A stretch of DNA of 63,837 nt, counting the filler, from Globobulimina sp. (taxonomy: Eukaryota), in the NCBI GenBank assembly GCA_003354225.1. It is 29 parts of 29 records of this genome, joined end to end, with 100 filler letters (N's around TTAATTAATTAA, not from the genome) between each part and the next. Parts side by side here need not be neighbours in the genome. Positions count along the whole stretch, not along the records: positions 1 to 2,106 come from PIVH01008931.1; positions 2,207 to 4,312 come from PIVH01008932.1; positions 4,413 to 6,518 come from PIVH01008933.1; positions 6,619 to 8,724 come from PIVH01008934.1; positions 8,825 to 10,930 come from PIVH01008935.1; 24 more parts are not named here. One strand, written 5' to 3'. Under the pieces are notes generated by a model. That model did not search any database and was not told the origin of the DNA. It was given only the letters and a program-made list of their open reading frames with translations. A program made the translations under genes and the position numbers. Of the stretch, positions 1 through 9,606 are shown piece by piece. The stretch's first letter is position 1, and each line of letters starts with the position of its first letter.

Positions 1-653
1 GTCCAAATAGACCTGACTATTCAACTGATTTTGGAATTGCACTTGGTTTGCAAGGATTACTTGGGATTAAGACTGGTCCAATAAAACTAAATGTAAAAAA
101 ATCAAACAAATATCCAATTTCTGTTAAATCTAATGTCTCAAGAATTAGGCCATTTGTAACTGGAATTGTTGCAAAAAATGGCAAAATTGATGATAAAACA
201 ATCAAACAATTAATGACAATGCAAGAAGATCTGCATTTTGGAATTGGAAGAAAAAGAAAAAAGTCCTCTATAGGAATACATGATTTAGATAAAATTTCAT
301 TCCCATTGGTTTACACCACAACTAATAGAAACCATAAATTCATTCCACTAAATTCTGAAAAAGAATTGAATATATCTGAAATACTTGATGCTACTGATGT
401 TGGAAAAGATTATGGTTCTTTACTTGGGCAGTCTTCTCAGGTGCCTATAATTTTAGATGAGAATCAAAATACGGTATCATTCCCTCCAATTATCAATGCT
501 GCTGTTACAACTGTCACGACCAAAACAAAAAATCTCTTTGTAGAGGTAACTGGTCTCAATAAAGACGATGCTGAAGATATGTTATCCGTAGTAGCCACTG
601 TTTTACAAAGTGCTGGTTTTACTTTAGAATCAGTAAAAATTACTGGTGCTAAA
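1..653 (+). CDS. pheT: Archaeal-type phenylalanyl-tRNA synthetase beta subunit, internal fragment (Nitrosopumilus-like by inference)
   Basis: RPNRPDYSTDFGIA at the start, then IRPFV..., QEDLHFGIGRKRKKSSIGIHDLD, SFPPIINA and TKNLFVEVTG: B1/B3-4 motifs of archaeal PheRS-beta. No introns. Confidence 0.9.
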
Positions 654-731
654 GATCCTGTTATGTTGTATGCTTCTGGAGCAAATACCCAAGTAATTGC
701 TTATGCTGCTGGAAAGTATAGGGTTTTTGGA
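641..731 (+). CDS. kae1: Archaeal Kae1/OSGEP (t6A synthesis) fragment, joined in frame at a chimeric junction
   Basis: TGAKDPVMLYASGANTQVIAYAAGKYRVFG matches the Kae1 pattern PvxLYvSGgNTQvi...YrvFGET. The match breaks off just before ETLD. Confidence 0.8.
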
Positions 732-1204
732 AGTAGATAAATGGTATATTAACACATTTATGTTTCAAATATACGGTATTCAGAAATAAATAACAAATTC
801 GTGTTATTCTAATAGTGTTTGGTTTAAACTTTAAAGGGACTGAAAAAATAGAAAGTTAGTTAGTGGTTCAAATGAAAGTTCAATATATACAGCATGCAAC
901 GCAGATATTTCCTCCAAAAGGAAATTTCTGTAAAATTCCCATTGTGGGAACAGATCGAGAAACAAAATATATCCTTGCACATTGCGAATATGCGTATATC
1001 AACAAACTAGAATCAAATTATAGTAATAGATTATTATTTAATACTAGTCACAAATAAAAAAGATATTAATACATACAGCAATAAGAAAAAAAGAAAAATT
1101 TATTTTAGGAGATTACATGTCATTTTTGTTTCTATTGAATGACTAATAAATACTTTGAGCGATTCAGCAGTGCAAAATACATAATTTATAGTTATTATTT
1201 AGAT

Positions 1205-1557
1205 TTACGGTGTATATAAACAGTAACACCAAATGGAAATAGCCACAAAAAATGCAGCTGTAATATGAAGAGGTTGATCCACGTGATCGAGGGCACCAAC
1301 TTTCTCTGAGGTTTCTTTCACATATTTCGCTTTTTCTTCCTTGTTCATTACAACGACTTTATCTTCCTTTATATAATATTTGTTATGGTATAATTAATTT
1401 ATTTATTTGTTTGTAGACAGAATTACTTAACTTTGGCTCTGTTAAACATGAGCCATACGGTTCCCCAACCAACTACCAATGTGACTGCTAAATAAATGAG
1501 ATTGCGAACTGTATTTTGTGTTACAACATGTGTATAGCCAGCGATGTCGTCGATCAT
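1205..1557 (-). CDS. Small two-exon protein (~95 aa) with two hydrophobic segments, function unknown
   Basis: ATG at 1557; GT-AG intron 1367-1431 (65 nt). Spliced product MIDDIAGYTH...LIYLAVTLVVGWGTVWLMFNRAK|EDKVV...AAFFVAISIWCYCLYTP*. Missed by the ORF track. Confidence 0.65.
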
Positions 1558-1722
1558 TTTGATGTGTGATGTGTTGAGTAGATCAGAGTCGTAAGAAGAG
1601 AGGATGTGATAAGGAGTTTTTTTTCAAGATAAAAATGACAAATCAAGTACACTTACTCAGGATATTAAATGCAGCATTGTAACAAGCGACCATTGGTAGT
1701 TTGCACCGATAAGAATAACTTA

Positions 1723-2106
1723 TCAAAGTGTAAGAAGTCTTTTTGCTTCATCAAAAACGTTTTGTTTTGTCATATTTGCATCGATATCAATTTGAAATGT
1801 ATCTGGTTCATCGTCTTGCATTGCTTCAAATCCTTTCTGTATCAGTGGAGCTGTCACATTTTCTATTTCCTCAAGACTCGATCCAAATGTTTGTAGATAC
1901 TCATCTGCAGTTTGTCCAATCTCTTGAGCTCTTTCATGTGAGCGTGTAATCATACGCTGTGGCAATAATTCTGTCGAAGTATTAAGAATTATAAATATAA
2001 AATCCTGTTTCAATACGCTGCGTAAATAATGACGCACAGATCTTGGGTAAACTGATTGTGTCACTACAATGTTTTTGTCACAATATTCCATTCTGATTTT
2101 GTGGAT
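1723..2106 (-). CDS. C-terminal part of a probable P-loop small-molecule (gluconokinase-like) kinase
   Basis: Pattern IVVTQSVY..R..LR....FIFIIL......L..R...R and IDID. The 5' end is cut by the contig end. Confidence 0.4.
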   Translation of the reverse strand: MHKIRMEYCDKNIVVTQSVYPRSVRHYLRSVLKQDFIFIILNTSTELLPQRMITRSHERAQEIGQTADEYLQTFGSSLEEIENVTAPLIQKGFEAMQDDEPDTFQIDIDANMTKQNVFDEAKRLLTL

Positions 2107-2206
2107 NNNNNNNNNNNNNNNNNNNNNNNNNNNNNNNNNNNNNNNNNNNNTTAATTAATTAANNNNNNNNNNNNNNNNNNNNNNNNNNNNNNNNNNNNNN
2201 NNNNNN
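2107..2206. other. Artificial contig spacer (N44-TTAATTAATTAA-N44), first of 28
   Basis: The same 100-bp spacer recurs every ~2.2 kb (4313, 6519, 8725 ... 61635). Contig lengths between spacers fall steadily from 2106 to 2103 bp. Confidence 0.99.
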
Positions 2207-3689
2207 GAGATTTACTTTTTTCAAAGCCATTAAATCCACTCGATGCAGCACCAGTATATGCACCAAAATTTGGAATGATCACTTTATCCATTATATGCAT
2301 CTCAGGCAATGAATAATTATCATACATCTTATCCATTGAATCGCAGGTTGGGCCAAATATCCTCGACTCATATTTCTTTCCATCGCACTTTCCATCGCCA
2401 TAAGGAATAATAACTGGCTCTGCGTGATCAAAATACATACAATTAAACGATCCATACATCCCTTCATTTAAATAATACATAAACCCGCTGTCATTTCTTT
2501 TCTTTGCAATAATATCACAGATCAACGAATGTGATTTGGACACATAATATCTGCCCGGTTCCGCTATAAATTTATACTCCCCACCATCACCAAAATGATA
2601 CTGCAATGATTGATTAATAACACTCGCGATTTCCTCAAATTGAATACAATTCTTTTGATACACTATATCGCCGGGAAAGCCACCGCCTAAATCCAATATA
2701 TTCATCGCAGACGCATCAAAACCAAACCTTCCATGTGCGATATCAAACAAATACTTACTTTTCTCAATGGCAGTGGCATACACATTGCTGTCCAAACAAC
2801 CACTGCCGACATGAAACATGACACCGCATAAATTAACCTCATACTTACAACACGCTTCAAATATGTCATAAATAGAGCTTTTTTCATCGACATTCAGGCC
2901 ATATTTGCTGTTGAATTTACAAATGGACTGACTGTCATCCACTTGAATACGTAGCAATGCACCGCAATTTGGATGATATGTATTGATCTTTTCGAGCTCG
3001 TACTCATTGTCAAAGGTGCATAGATTTACACCAATGTCGCGGGCGTATTGTAAATGTAAGGGATGTTTGCATGGATGGGAGAATATTACCTTATCAGCGG
3101 TGATATCTATACCTGCGGAGTGCAGTAAATTAAATTCCGTTTTTGATGCACAATCAAAGGAACAGCCGAGGTAATTCAATAAGGAAATAATCAATGGATC
3201 GGGGTTGCATTTCACTGCGTAAAATGGGTGGATTGAAGGTAATAAATTGGTCCATAACGCATGTTGTCGGATAATGTCACCTAAATCTACCATGTAAAAG
3301 GCATCCATTGCATCGGTATCGCGCCTGGATTTTGTGAGTTTGTCTATCATTTTTTGTTGATTTGCTGTCAAATAGGATTCATTGTTGCTACTTTCGTGAT
3401 CATTGAATATTTCTATTTGATTTAAGATGTTATTGATTGTATTTGGTTGAGTGTTATTGGGGTTTAATGAAAATTGTTTAATCTGATTTGCAAATTGTAC
3501 ATGTTGCTGTTGGTTGTTATTGTGTTCATTGTGTTGCATTTTGAATGTGATTTCGTTTTTGTTATTTGCGTAAACAGATTGCGGAGCTGTTCGCACTTTT
3601 GTATTTGTGGCGGTGTAATTTAAACATGTATGTAATTGAGAGATTGATTTAGTTTTTCGATTAATTATATTTTTAAATGTGGCTAGCAT
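2207..3689 (-). CDS. ODC1: Ornithine decarboxylase (fold-type III PLP enzyme) with N-terminal extension; last codons truncated
   Basis: PFYAVKCN (PLP lysine), FDCASK, FHVGSG, LDLGGGFPG, AEPGRYY, YGSFNC..FDH, FGPTCDSMD, GAYT. Confidence 0.95.
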
Positions 3690-3850
3690 ATTGGTGAGAT
3701 GGTTGGTGGTTACTTGATAATTAAAGAGGTGTCAACTAATTCTGGTTCAAAATGGATTTGAGTCTTAAACATGAAACAATGTGGCTACAATAATCTGTAG
3801 GATAAGCTAGTGATTTAAATGGTGCTGTTTGCTATTAAATTCGTGACAGC

Positions 3851-3892
3851 ATGACTCTGGGATGCCTTTGGGATGCCTTTGGGATGACTTTG
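3851..3892. repeat. Short tandem repeat, 11-bp unit GGGATGCCTTT, about 3.5 copies
   Basis: atgactctgg gatgcctttg ggatgccttt gggatgactt tg. Confidence 0.8.
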
Positions 3893-3954
3893 AACTCAGA
3901 ATTATTCACTTAACGAATTCCAAAAGATAACCCCCCTCCCCCTGGTCGATAAGT

Positions 3955-4126
3955 GATGACTAGCTCACTTGAAGAAAATCTTAATATCAGGGTTCTCACC
4001 TCATAGACGACAGTGCAAGGATAGATTTTCCAGGATTCTAGCATTTGAAAGAAGAGACAAATCTATGCAATAAAGGTAAAAATTTGTCGTCTATGTGGTG
4101 AGAACCCTGATATTAAGTTAGTCATC
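3955..4126. mobile_element. MITE-like non-autonomous element (172 bp) with terminal inverted repeats and a target-site duplication
   Basis: Ends are GATGACTA...TAGTCATC. Inner 33-bp inverted repeat 3980-4012 / 4085-4117 with 1 mismatch. Flanked by the direct repeat GATAAGT at 3948-3954 and 4127-4133. Confidence 0.75.
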
Positions 4127-4412
4127 GATAAGTTACACTTTGCGTGAAAGTGAACCCCCTTTGGCGTGCTTTTAACTGCTTTTTTATATTATACTCGTTC
4201 GTATTATAATACAACACAGTTGTAATTTTCTCTCATTTTCAGACATCGCGTTTCGAAGCACTCAATACAACTAAAAAGAACAAATATGCAATATTATATT
4301 GCAGATCGTTCANNNNNNNNNNNNNNNNNNNNNNNNNNNNNNNNNNNNNNNNNNNNTTAATTAATTAANNNNNNNNNNNNNNNNNNNNNNNNNNNNNNNN
4401 NNNNNNNNNNNN

Positions 4413-5627
4413 AAAAATAATAATTACATTTACTAACGAGAAGGATTCGGATTGTTGTATGTCTGTTTTATTATTACATTGTACTTTTGAATTATTATTC
4501 ATATCAAATACATCCCAAATATTTAAAAAATTACTATGATCCAATTCCAGTTTGTAACCCCTATCAAATAAAGAAATCAATGAATATGGAATTTGAACGT
4601 GTAATATTTCCAAACAAAGCAAGGATAATTTACCAAAAATAAGGTTCAAATTACTGTTTAATTTCAAACCAATCGGGATGCCCATTAAATAGTTAATGTC
4701 ACATTTTAGTGAATTATAATCAAAGAATTTAATGTATATTGCCGAATTATAATGAAAATATAAAAAATATGCAAATATAATGCCAAACATCAAGTTAACA
4801 AAATGTTGAATAATATTCGACCAAATATCTAATGTTTCTTTGCGTTTTTTATGAATATTATTATAATTCGTGTTGTTATATTGCTCATTATCACACATGT
4901 CTGTATTGACTGCGTTGCCATTCGAATTCAAATATTTTATAATTTTAGCAAATGTTTTATTGTTTGTTACTAATTCCTTTGCAATGCGGCAATCGGATAA
5001 TATGACAAATGGTGGGATAAATACAATGAATGCACGAAATAATTCATATAAAATAGAGATACATTTGAAATATACACACAATAAATAGATAGATATGCTC
5101 CATAATGATGATGATGTACTATTAATATCACTACGTCGTCGATGGGGATGTAAATATTGATCAATATGCACAGATTGGTTGCATAAATGTAATATTTCAT
5201 CATACGACGATGCGGAACTATTATGGTAATATGGAGAAAATGTATTGCATAAATTTATTGAATGATATTTGATGATATAATAATCATTAATATCTTCTAC
5301 ATTCAATGAGATAATCTGTTTGAGTTTGAATGTTTTATCGAATTGTAACCAGATATTTGACCCAAAAATTCCCATTAAATCGGCACAGTCTTCTCCGATA
5401 TTTGTTGATCCGATAATTATGCATTTGAAGTTATTATTGGTTTTATTGATATAGAATAATTGAGTCAATAAATGATCTCTTTGAGTGTCATTGTTTATTA
5501 TTTCTATTGGATTTATCATACACGACGTAATTACTATCGTTGATTTGCAAATCCAGCCAATTAATATCGTTGTGTCCGCGTCATTCCATGGTGTGTATGG
5601 AACATGCACTTTCCAAATCACGTGCAT
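4413..5627 (-). CDS. PIGQ: PIG-Q/Gpi1-like GPI-GlcNAc transferase subunit, partial
   Basis: YLMGIPIGLKLNSNLNLIFG matches the Gpi1 signature (W/Y)LMGxPxGLKLNxxL, preceded by a TM segment. The 3' part is truncated or divergent. Confidence 0.75.
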
Positions 5628-5672
5628 GCTTTTACAAAAGTTTTTTTTTTTGAGTAACTTAACTGCTTTGTC

Positions 5673-6518
5673 ATGGCATCTTTGTTAAAAGCGCTAGCGT
5701 CAGGTTCAGCAGCATCATTGTTGCAGGTAAATGGCCAAGGTTGGGATCCATTATTGGTTGTAAATGCAGATAAAATCGCAGAGTTTACATGCAAAGGATG
5801 TGACAATATTTGTAAAGATGCTGTTGAATTATCGTGTGATCATAATGATGAAGAGCTAGATTTATATTGTAATGCTTGTTTAATTGAAGTGTTAAAGAAG
5901 AATAATCAAACTTGCCCAATTAATCCGTCACATAAACAAACAGCAGTTTGTTCATCACGTTATGCTCGAAAACAAATATTAAAATTAAAGGTATGTTTGA
6001 CCATTAATATATTAATATGATTTATATATATTTGTAGATGATTTCTATATTATAATCAAGGTTTTTTGCCCTTATTCGATACATTATAAAAACCAACATA
6101 AAAAAACTAAAAACGATAATTTGTTATATGACACAATGGATGAAAAAGAAGGGTCAAATATCAATGTAAATGATGATGTCAAGACTGAATGTGATTGGAT
6201 TGGAACATTAAACGATTTGATAAAAAATCACACCTCAAATTGTAAATCGTCCGCGTCATCAAATGATAGAATGAAGAAAACAGTCAATGTTATCAAGGAA
6301 AAATTAGATAAAATTCAATTAAATATGAATACACATGATCAGACATTCAATAATATGAAGCAAGAAATCATTGATTTGAAATTTTTAAATGACACTATGA
6401 ATTCTCAGTTGCTTTCATTGGTTAAAAAAAATGAATCTAAAATTATGAAATTAGAGCAAAAGCATCAATCAGAAATGATACAAATCAGAAAAACTATTGA
6501 TGATTTGATCAAGAATCA
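5673..6518 (+). CDS. RING/TRAF-type zinc-finger and coiled-coil protein, two exons, 3' truncated
   Basis: CKGCDNICKDAVELSCDH...YCNACL...CPINPSH. GT-AG intron 5991-6060 gives LKLK|VFCPYS...CDWIGTLNDL..H, followed by a coiled coil. Confidence 0.8.
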
Positions 6519-6618
6519 NNNNNNNNNNNNNNNNNNNNNNNNNNNNNNNNNNNNNNNNNNNNTTAATTAATTAANNNNNNNNNNNNNNNNNNNNNNNNNN
6601 NNNNNNNNNNNNNNNNNN

Positions 6619-6704
6619 CAGTCATTAGCTCGCGCGTCCTTCAATACTTGTGCCAATGCAAGCGCAAAATCCATTTTTTGTTCGTTGACTTCTTCCTCCG
6701 CCAT
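6619..6704 (-). CDS. RPS12: 40S ribosomal protein S12 (eS12), N-terminal fragment
   Basis: MAEEEVNEQKMDFALALAQVLKDARAND resembles the eS12 N-terminus MDxxTALqxVLKxAlxhDG. It runs into the contig end. Confidence 0.6.
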
Positions 6705-6821
6705 TATATGTTTCTATTTGGTTGCTTTTAAAACAAATAAAGGGTTCCTCGAAAGAAATATAAGCTGGTATGTTGTGATAAATGTGAGTTGAGTTTTGAG
6801 GTTTTTTTTATATTTGCAATC

Positions 6822-8321
6822 ATGGCACAGCTTAGTCATAGTGTTAGTGTTGTTGTGTTTGGCAATAAGGGGTGCGGTAAATCGACAGTGTGTGGCAGGA
6901 TTTTATATCGTTATGGTGAGGTTGCGGACAAGACATTGAGAAAAGCAAAAGATGCTACAAAAAAATTTAATAAAGAGAACAGTGAATTTGCCTTTCTTTG
7001 TGATAAGAATGATTCTGATCGCAAAAATGGAGCACATAGCGCTCACACATTGAGATTTGACACTGGCACCCAAGCGTACACTATGATAGATGCATGCGGC
7101 GGAGAAGCAAATCAAAGCAGATTGATTCGGTCAGGTTTAGGCCAATCGAGAATTGCTATATTAATATTAGAAGCGTATAAAGACAAAGCCGCATTTGATG
7201 CATTGGTGAATAATAAAAGCGATGTTCGTAAATATCTCGTCATTGCGCATGCTTTTGGTTTACAGCAAGTAATGATTTGTATCAATAAAATAGATAAAGA
7301 TGGTGTTAATTGTGATGAAAAACTATATATCGAATATTGCGAATCTATTCAAAAAATGTTAACCGCGATTGGTTATCGCACGGATAAAATCCCAATAATA
7401 CCAATCTGCAGTTATAGCGGTGATAATTTATTTGCATTGTCGAAAGATCCGAGTTTAAATTGGTGGGAAGGGTTTGACATAAAATCGACATCAAATCCTG
7501 CGAAAATACATAAAATCACTACATTGATGAAAGGAATCAAATATTTAACAAAGAAATCCAAGCCATTGAATAGTAAAAACGAAGCAAGCAATGCGGTTCC
7601 AATGGTGATGACAGTTCGATCGAGGATGGAGATCAAGAAAGTTGGCGCAGTGTTTTTATCGCGAATTGAGACTGGCCAATTAAAAGTGGGTCAAGCTGTG
7701 TTATGTTGTAAAGGGAGGGATGAAGCGGTGTTATGTAAGAAATATACAATACAATCAATGCAAAGCCATGGCAGAGATATAGTCGTTGCAGCAATGGGTG
7801 ATGTGATTGGATTCACTGTAAAGGGATTGGATGAGATTGAAAACAAAGACCAGCCTCAGGTTGGTGACTTATTCTGTGCAGCGAATAAGTTTAAAATGGA
7901 GTTGATTGAAGCAATTAAAAAAGATAAGAAAGACGGAATTAATTATTTGGAGACATTGCCAGCGATGGTCAGATATGTTAAAAGTTTTACTGCGTTGATT
8001 ATAATCTTAGCTGAAGACGTTGTGCAGAAACAAACTTTGCAGTTAACTGCCAAAAATGAATTATGTTTTAGGACACAGACAATTGAAAATTGTGAGTTAA
8101 GCAAAATAATTACAAAATGTAGAATGAAAGATGATAATTTGGAGGTTGTGGAGGAAAATAAAAATGAATTAACAAATGGAGATCAGGCTGAAGTCGAATT
8201 TACTGCAAAGAAGGCGAATTTTGTTTCACCGTATAATTCGGTTAATACCTATTCAAGATTTGTTATCATGAAAAATAAGATACCCATCGCCATTGGAAAA
8301 ATATTAGTGGTTAATGAATAA
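6822..8321 (+). CDS. Highly divergent eEF1A/EFL-family translational GTPase
   Basis: VVVFGNKGCGKST (G1), FAFLCDK..DRKNG, TMIDACG (G3), INKID (G4), SGDNL; domain II G..F.SRIETG.LKVG and GDVIGF; domain III SFTA.IIIL...GDQAEVEF...SRFVI...IAIGKI. Confidence 0.85.
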   Translation: MAQLSHSVSVVVFGNKGCGKSTVCGRILYRYGEVADKTLRKAKDATKKFNKENSEFAFLCDKNDSDRKNGAHSAHTLRFDTGTQAYTMIDACGGEANQSRLIRSGLGQSRIAILILEAYKDKAAFDALVNNKSDVRKYLVIAHAFGLQQVMICINKIDKDGVNCDEKLYIEYCESIQKMLTAIGYRTDKIPIIPICSYSGDNLFALSKDPSLNWWEGFDIKSTSNPAKIHKITTLMKGIKYLTKKSKPLNSKNEASNAVPMVMTVRSRMEIKKVGAVFLSRIETGQLKVGQAVLCCKGRDEAVLCKKYTIQSMQSHGRDIVVAAMGDVIGFTVKGLDEIENKDQPQVGDLFCAANKFKMELIEAIKKDKKDGINYLETLPAMVRYVKSFTALIIILAEDVVQKQTLQLTAKNELCFRTQTIENCELSKIITKCRMKDDNLEVVEENKNELTNGDQAEVEFTAKKANFVSPYNSVNTYSRFVIMKNKIPIAIGKILVVNE

Positions 8322-8607
8322 ATGATATTAATGACATTCATAATGTACTTTATAATAAAATTAAATGTTATCTTTTAACCTATATCTTCGAGACAACGCT
8401 CTATGAGTCATTTCTTAATATGTTTTTATCTCAACTGAAGTAATAATATTTAGATGAAAACCAGCTTAAACTAATCCTTTTGTCCAGACATATTAAAAAG
8501 TCCGAATACCTATTTTGCAATTGATATGACGAACAAAACTTATCTCTGTCAAAATAACAGCAATTCACTGTTCGGACTTTTAATCCTGTCTGAACAAACA
8601 TATCGCG

Positions 8608-8724
8608 TATCAAAACATAAGCAGGGACACCATGTTTTGCAAAGACTCTCACCCTATACTTTTGTTTTGAAAAGACTGTTTTTGGCAAAATCATGTCGTC
8701 GATCCCCTTCGTTTCAGAACCTGA
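8608..8724. repeat. Dispersed repeat family, copy 1 (other copies 15182-15298 and, partial, 40104-40260)
   Basis: Ungapped similarity to 15182-15298, with conserved blocks tatcaaaac, cagggacaccatgttttgc, aaaagactgttt, gcaaaatcatgtc and gtttcagaacctga. Confidence 0.85.
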
Positions 8725-8851
8725 NNNNNNNNNNNNNNNNNNNNNNNNNNNNNNNNNNNNNNNNNNNNTTAATTAATTAANNNNNNNNNNNNNNNNNNNN
8801 NNNNNNNNNNNNNNNNNNNNNNNNCATATGTTCATGTTCAGTTTTATCATA

Positions 8852-9535
8852 TTATATAATTGAACAAAAAACAGCACACAGACCTGTTATAACTTGGCCA
8901 TCTGGCAATTCATATTTCTTTTCAATATCCATTTTATTTGCTGCATATCTCAATGCATATCCTTCATAAATAGGAACAGTAAAAGTCACACCATCACCAG
9001 ATTCAACTACGACACCTGTGCGTCGACCAGATGCATATAATGCCAATACTGAATCTATTGCAATATACAAGCATGGCACAGCAAAGGTTTCAAACATAAT
9101 CTCTGCCATTTTCGCTCTGCTTGCTTTTGGATTGAATGCTTTCTCGCTCATTAAATGTGAATGTTCTTCTGGTTCGATCCGTAACTCATTATAGAATGTG
9201 TGGTGCCATATTAACTCAACATCATCCCAGTCGGTTACAATACCTCTTTCAATTGGATAGTTTAACTGCAATATGCCACATTTACTTTGAGATTCGTCGC
9301 CAACATAACCATATTTCTGATGCATGCCTACCATAATTCCCTGGTGTCCTTTACGTGGAATTGTATGATATACTCGAATTGTTCGTGGTTGTATGAGATG
9401 CATCATACGTGGTCGGCCAACTATGGTTGGAAATACAGACTTTGGCACATCATCGCCTGCAAATCCTGTTTTCATCATTCCAGAACCATTTACTGTGACG
9501 ATTCCTTTACCAGTAGGTTCTTCTGAAGAATCCAT
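8852..9535 (-). pseudogene. Rearranged actin copy (D-loop insertion, large internal deletion, C-terminal loss)
   Basis: [61 protein letters not shown]. It jumps from KMD straight to [14 protein letters not shown] and then stops. Confidence 0.75.
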
Positions 9536-9606
9536 TTTCGTAAAGTTTTTGATTTATCTCTTGTCTTCAGGCACGTTGCTGTCCTCAAAAACGAGAACAA
9601 CTTAGA

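Noticed and set aside
2420-2480. ODC switched to arginine decarboxylase (NEG instead of NDG)
   Set aside because: The specificity residue equivalent to Asp332 (FDH) is retained; the D-to-E change is at a different position.
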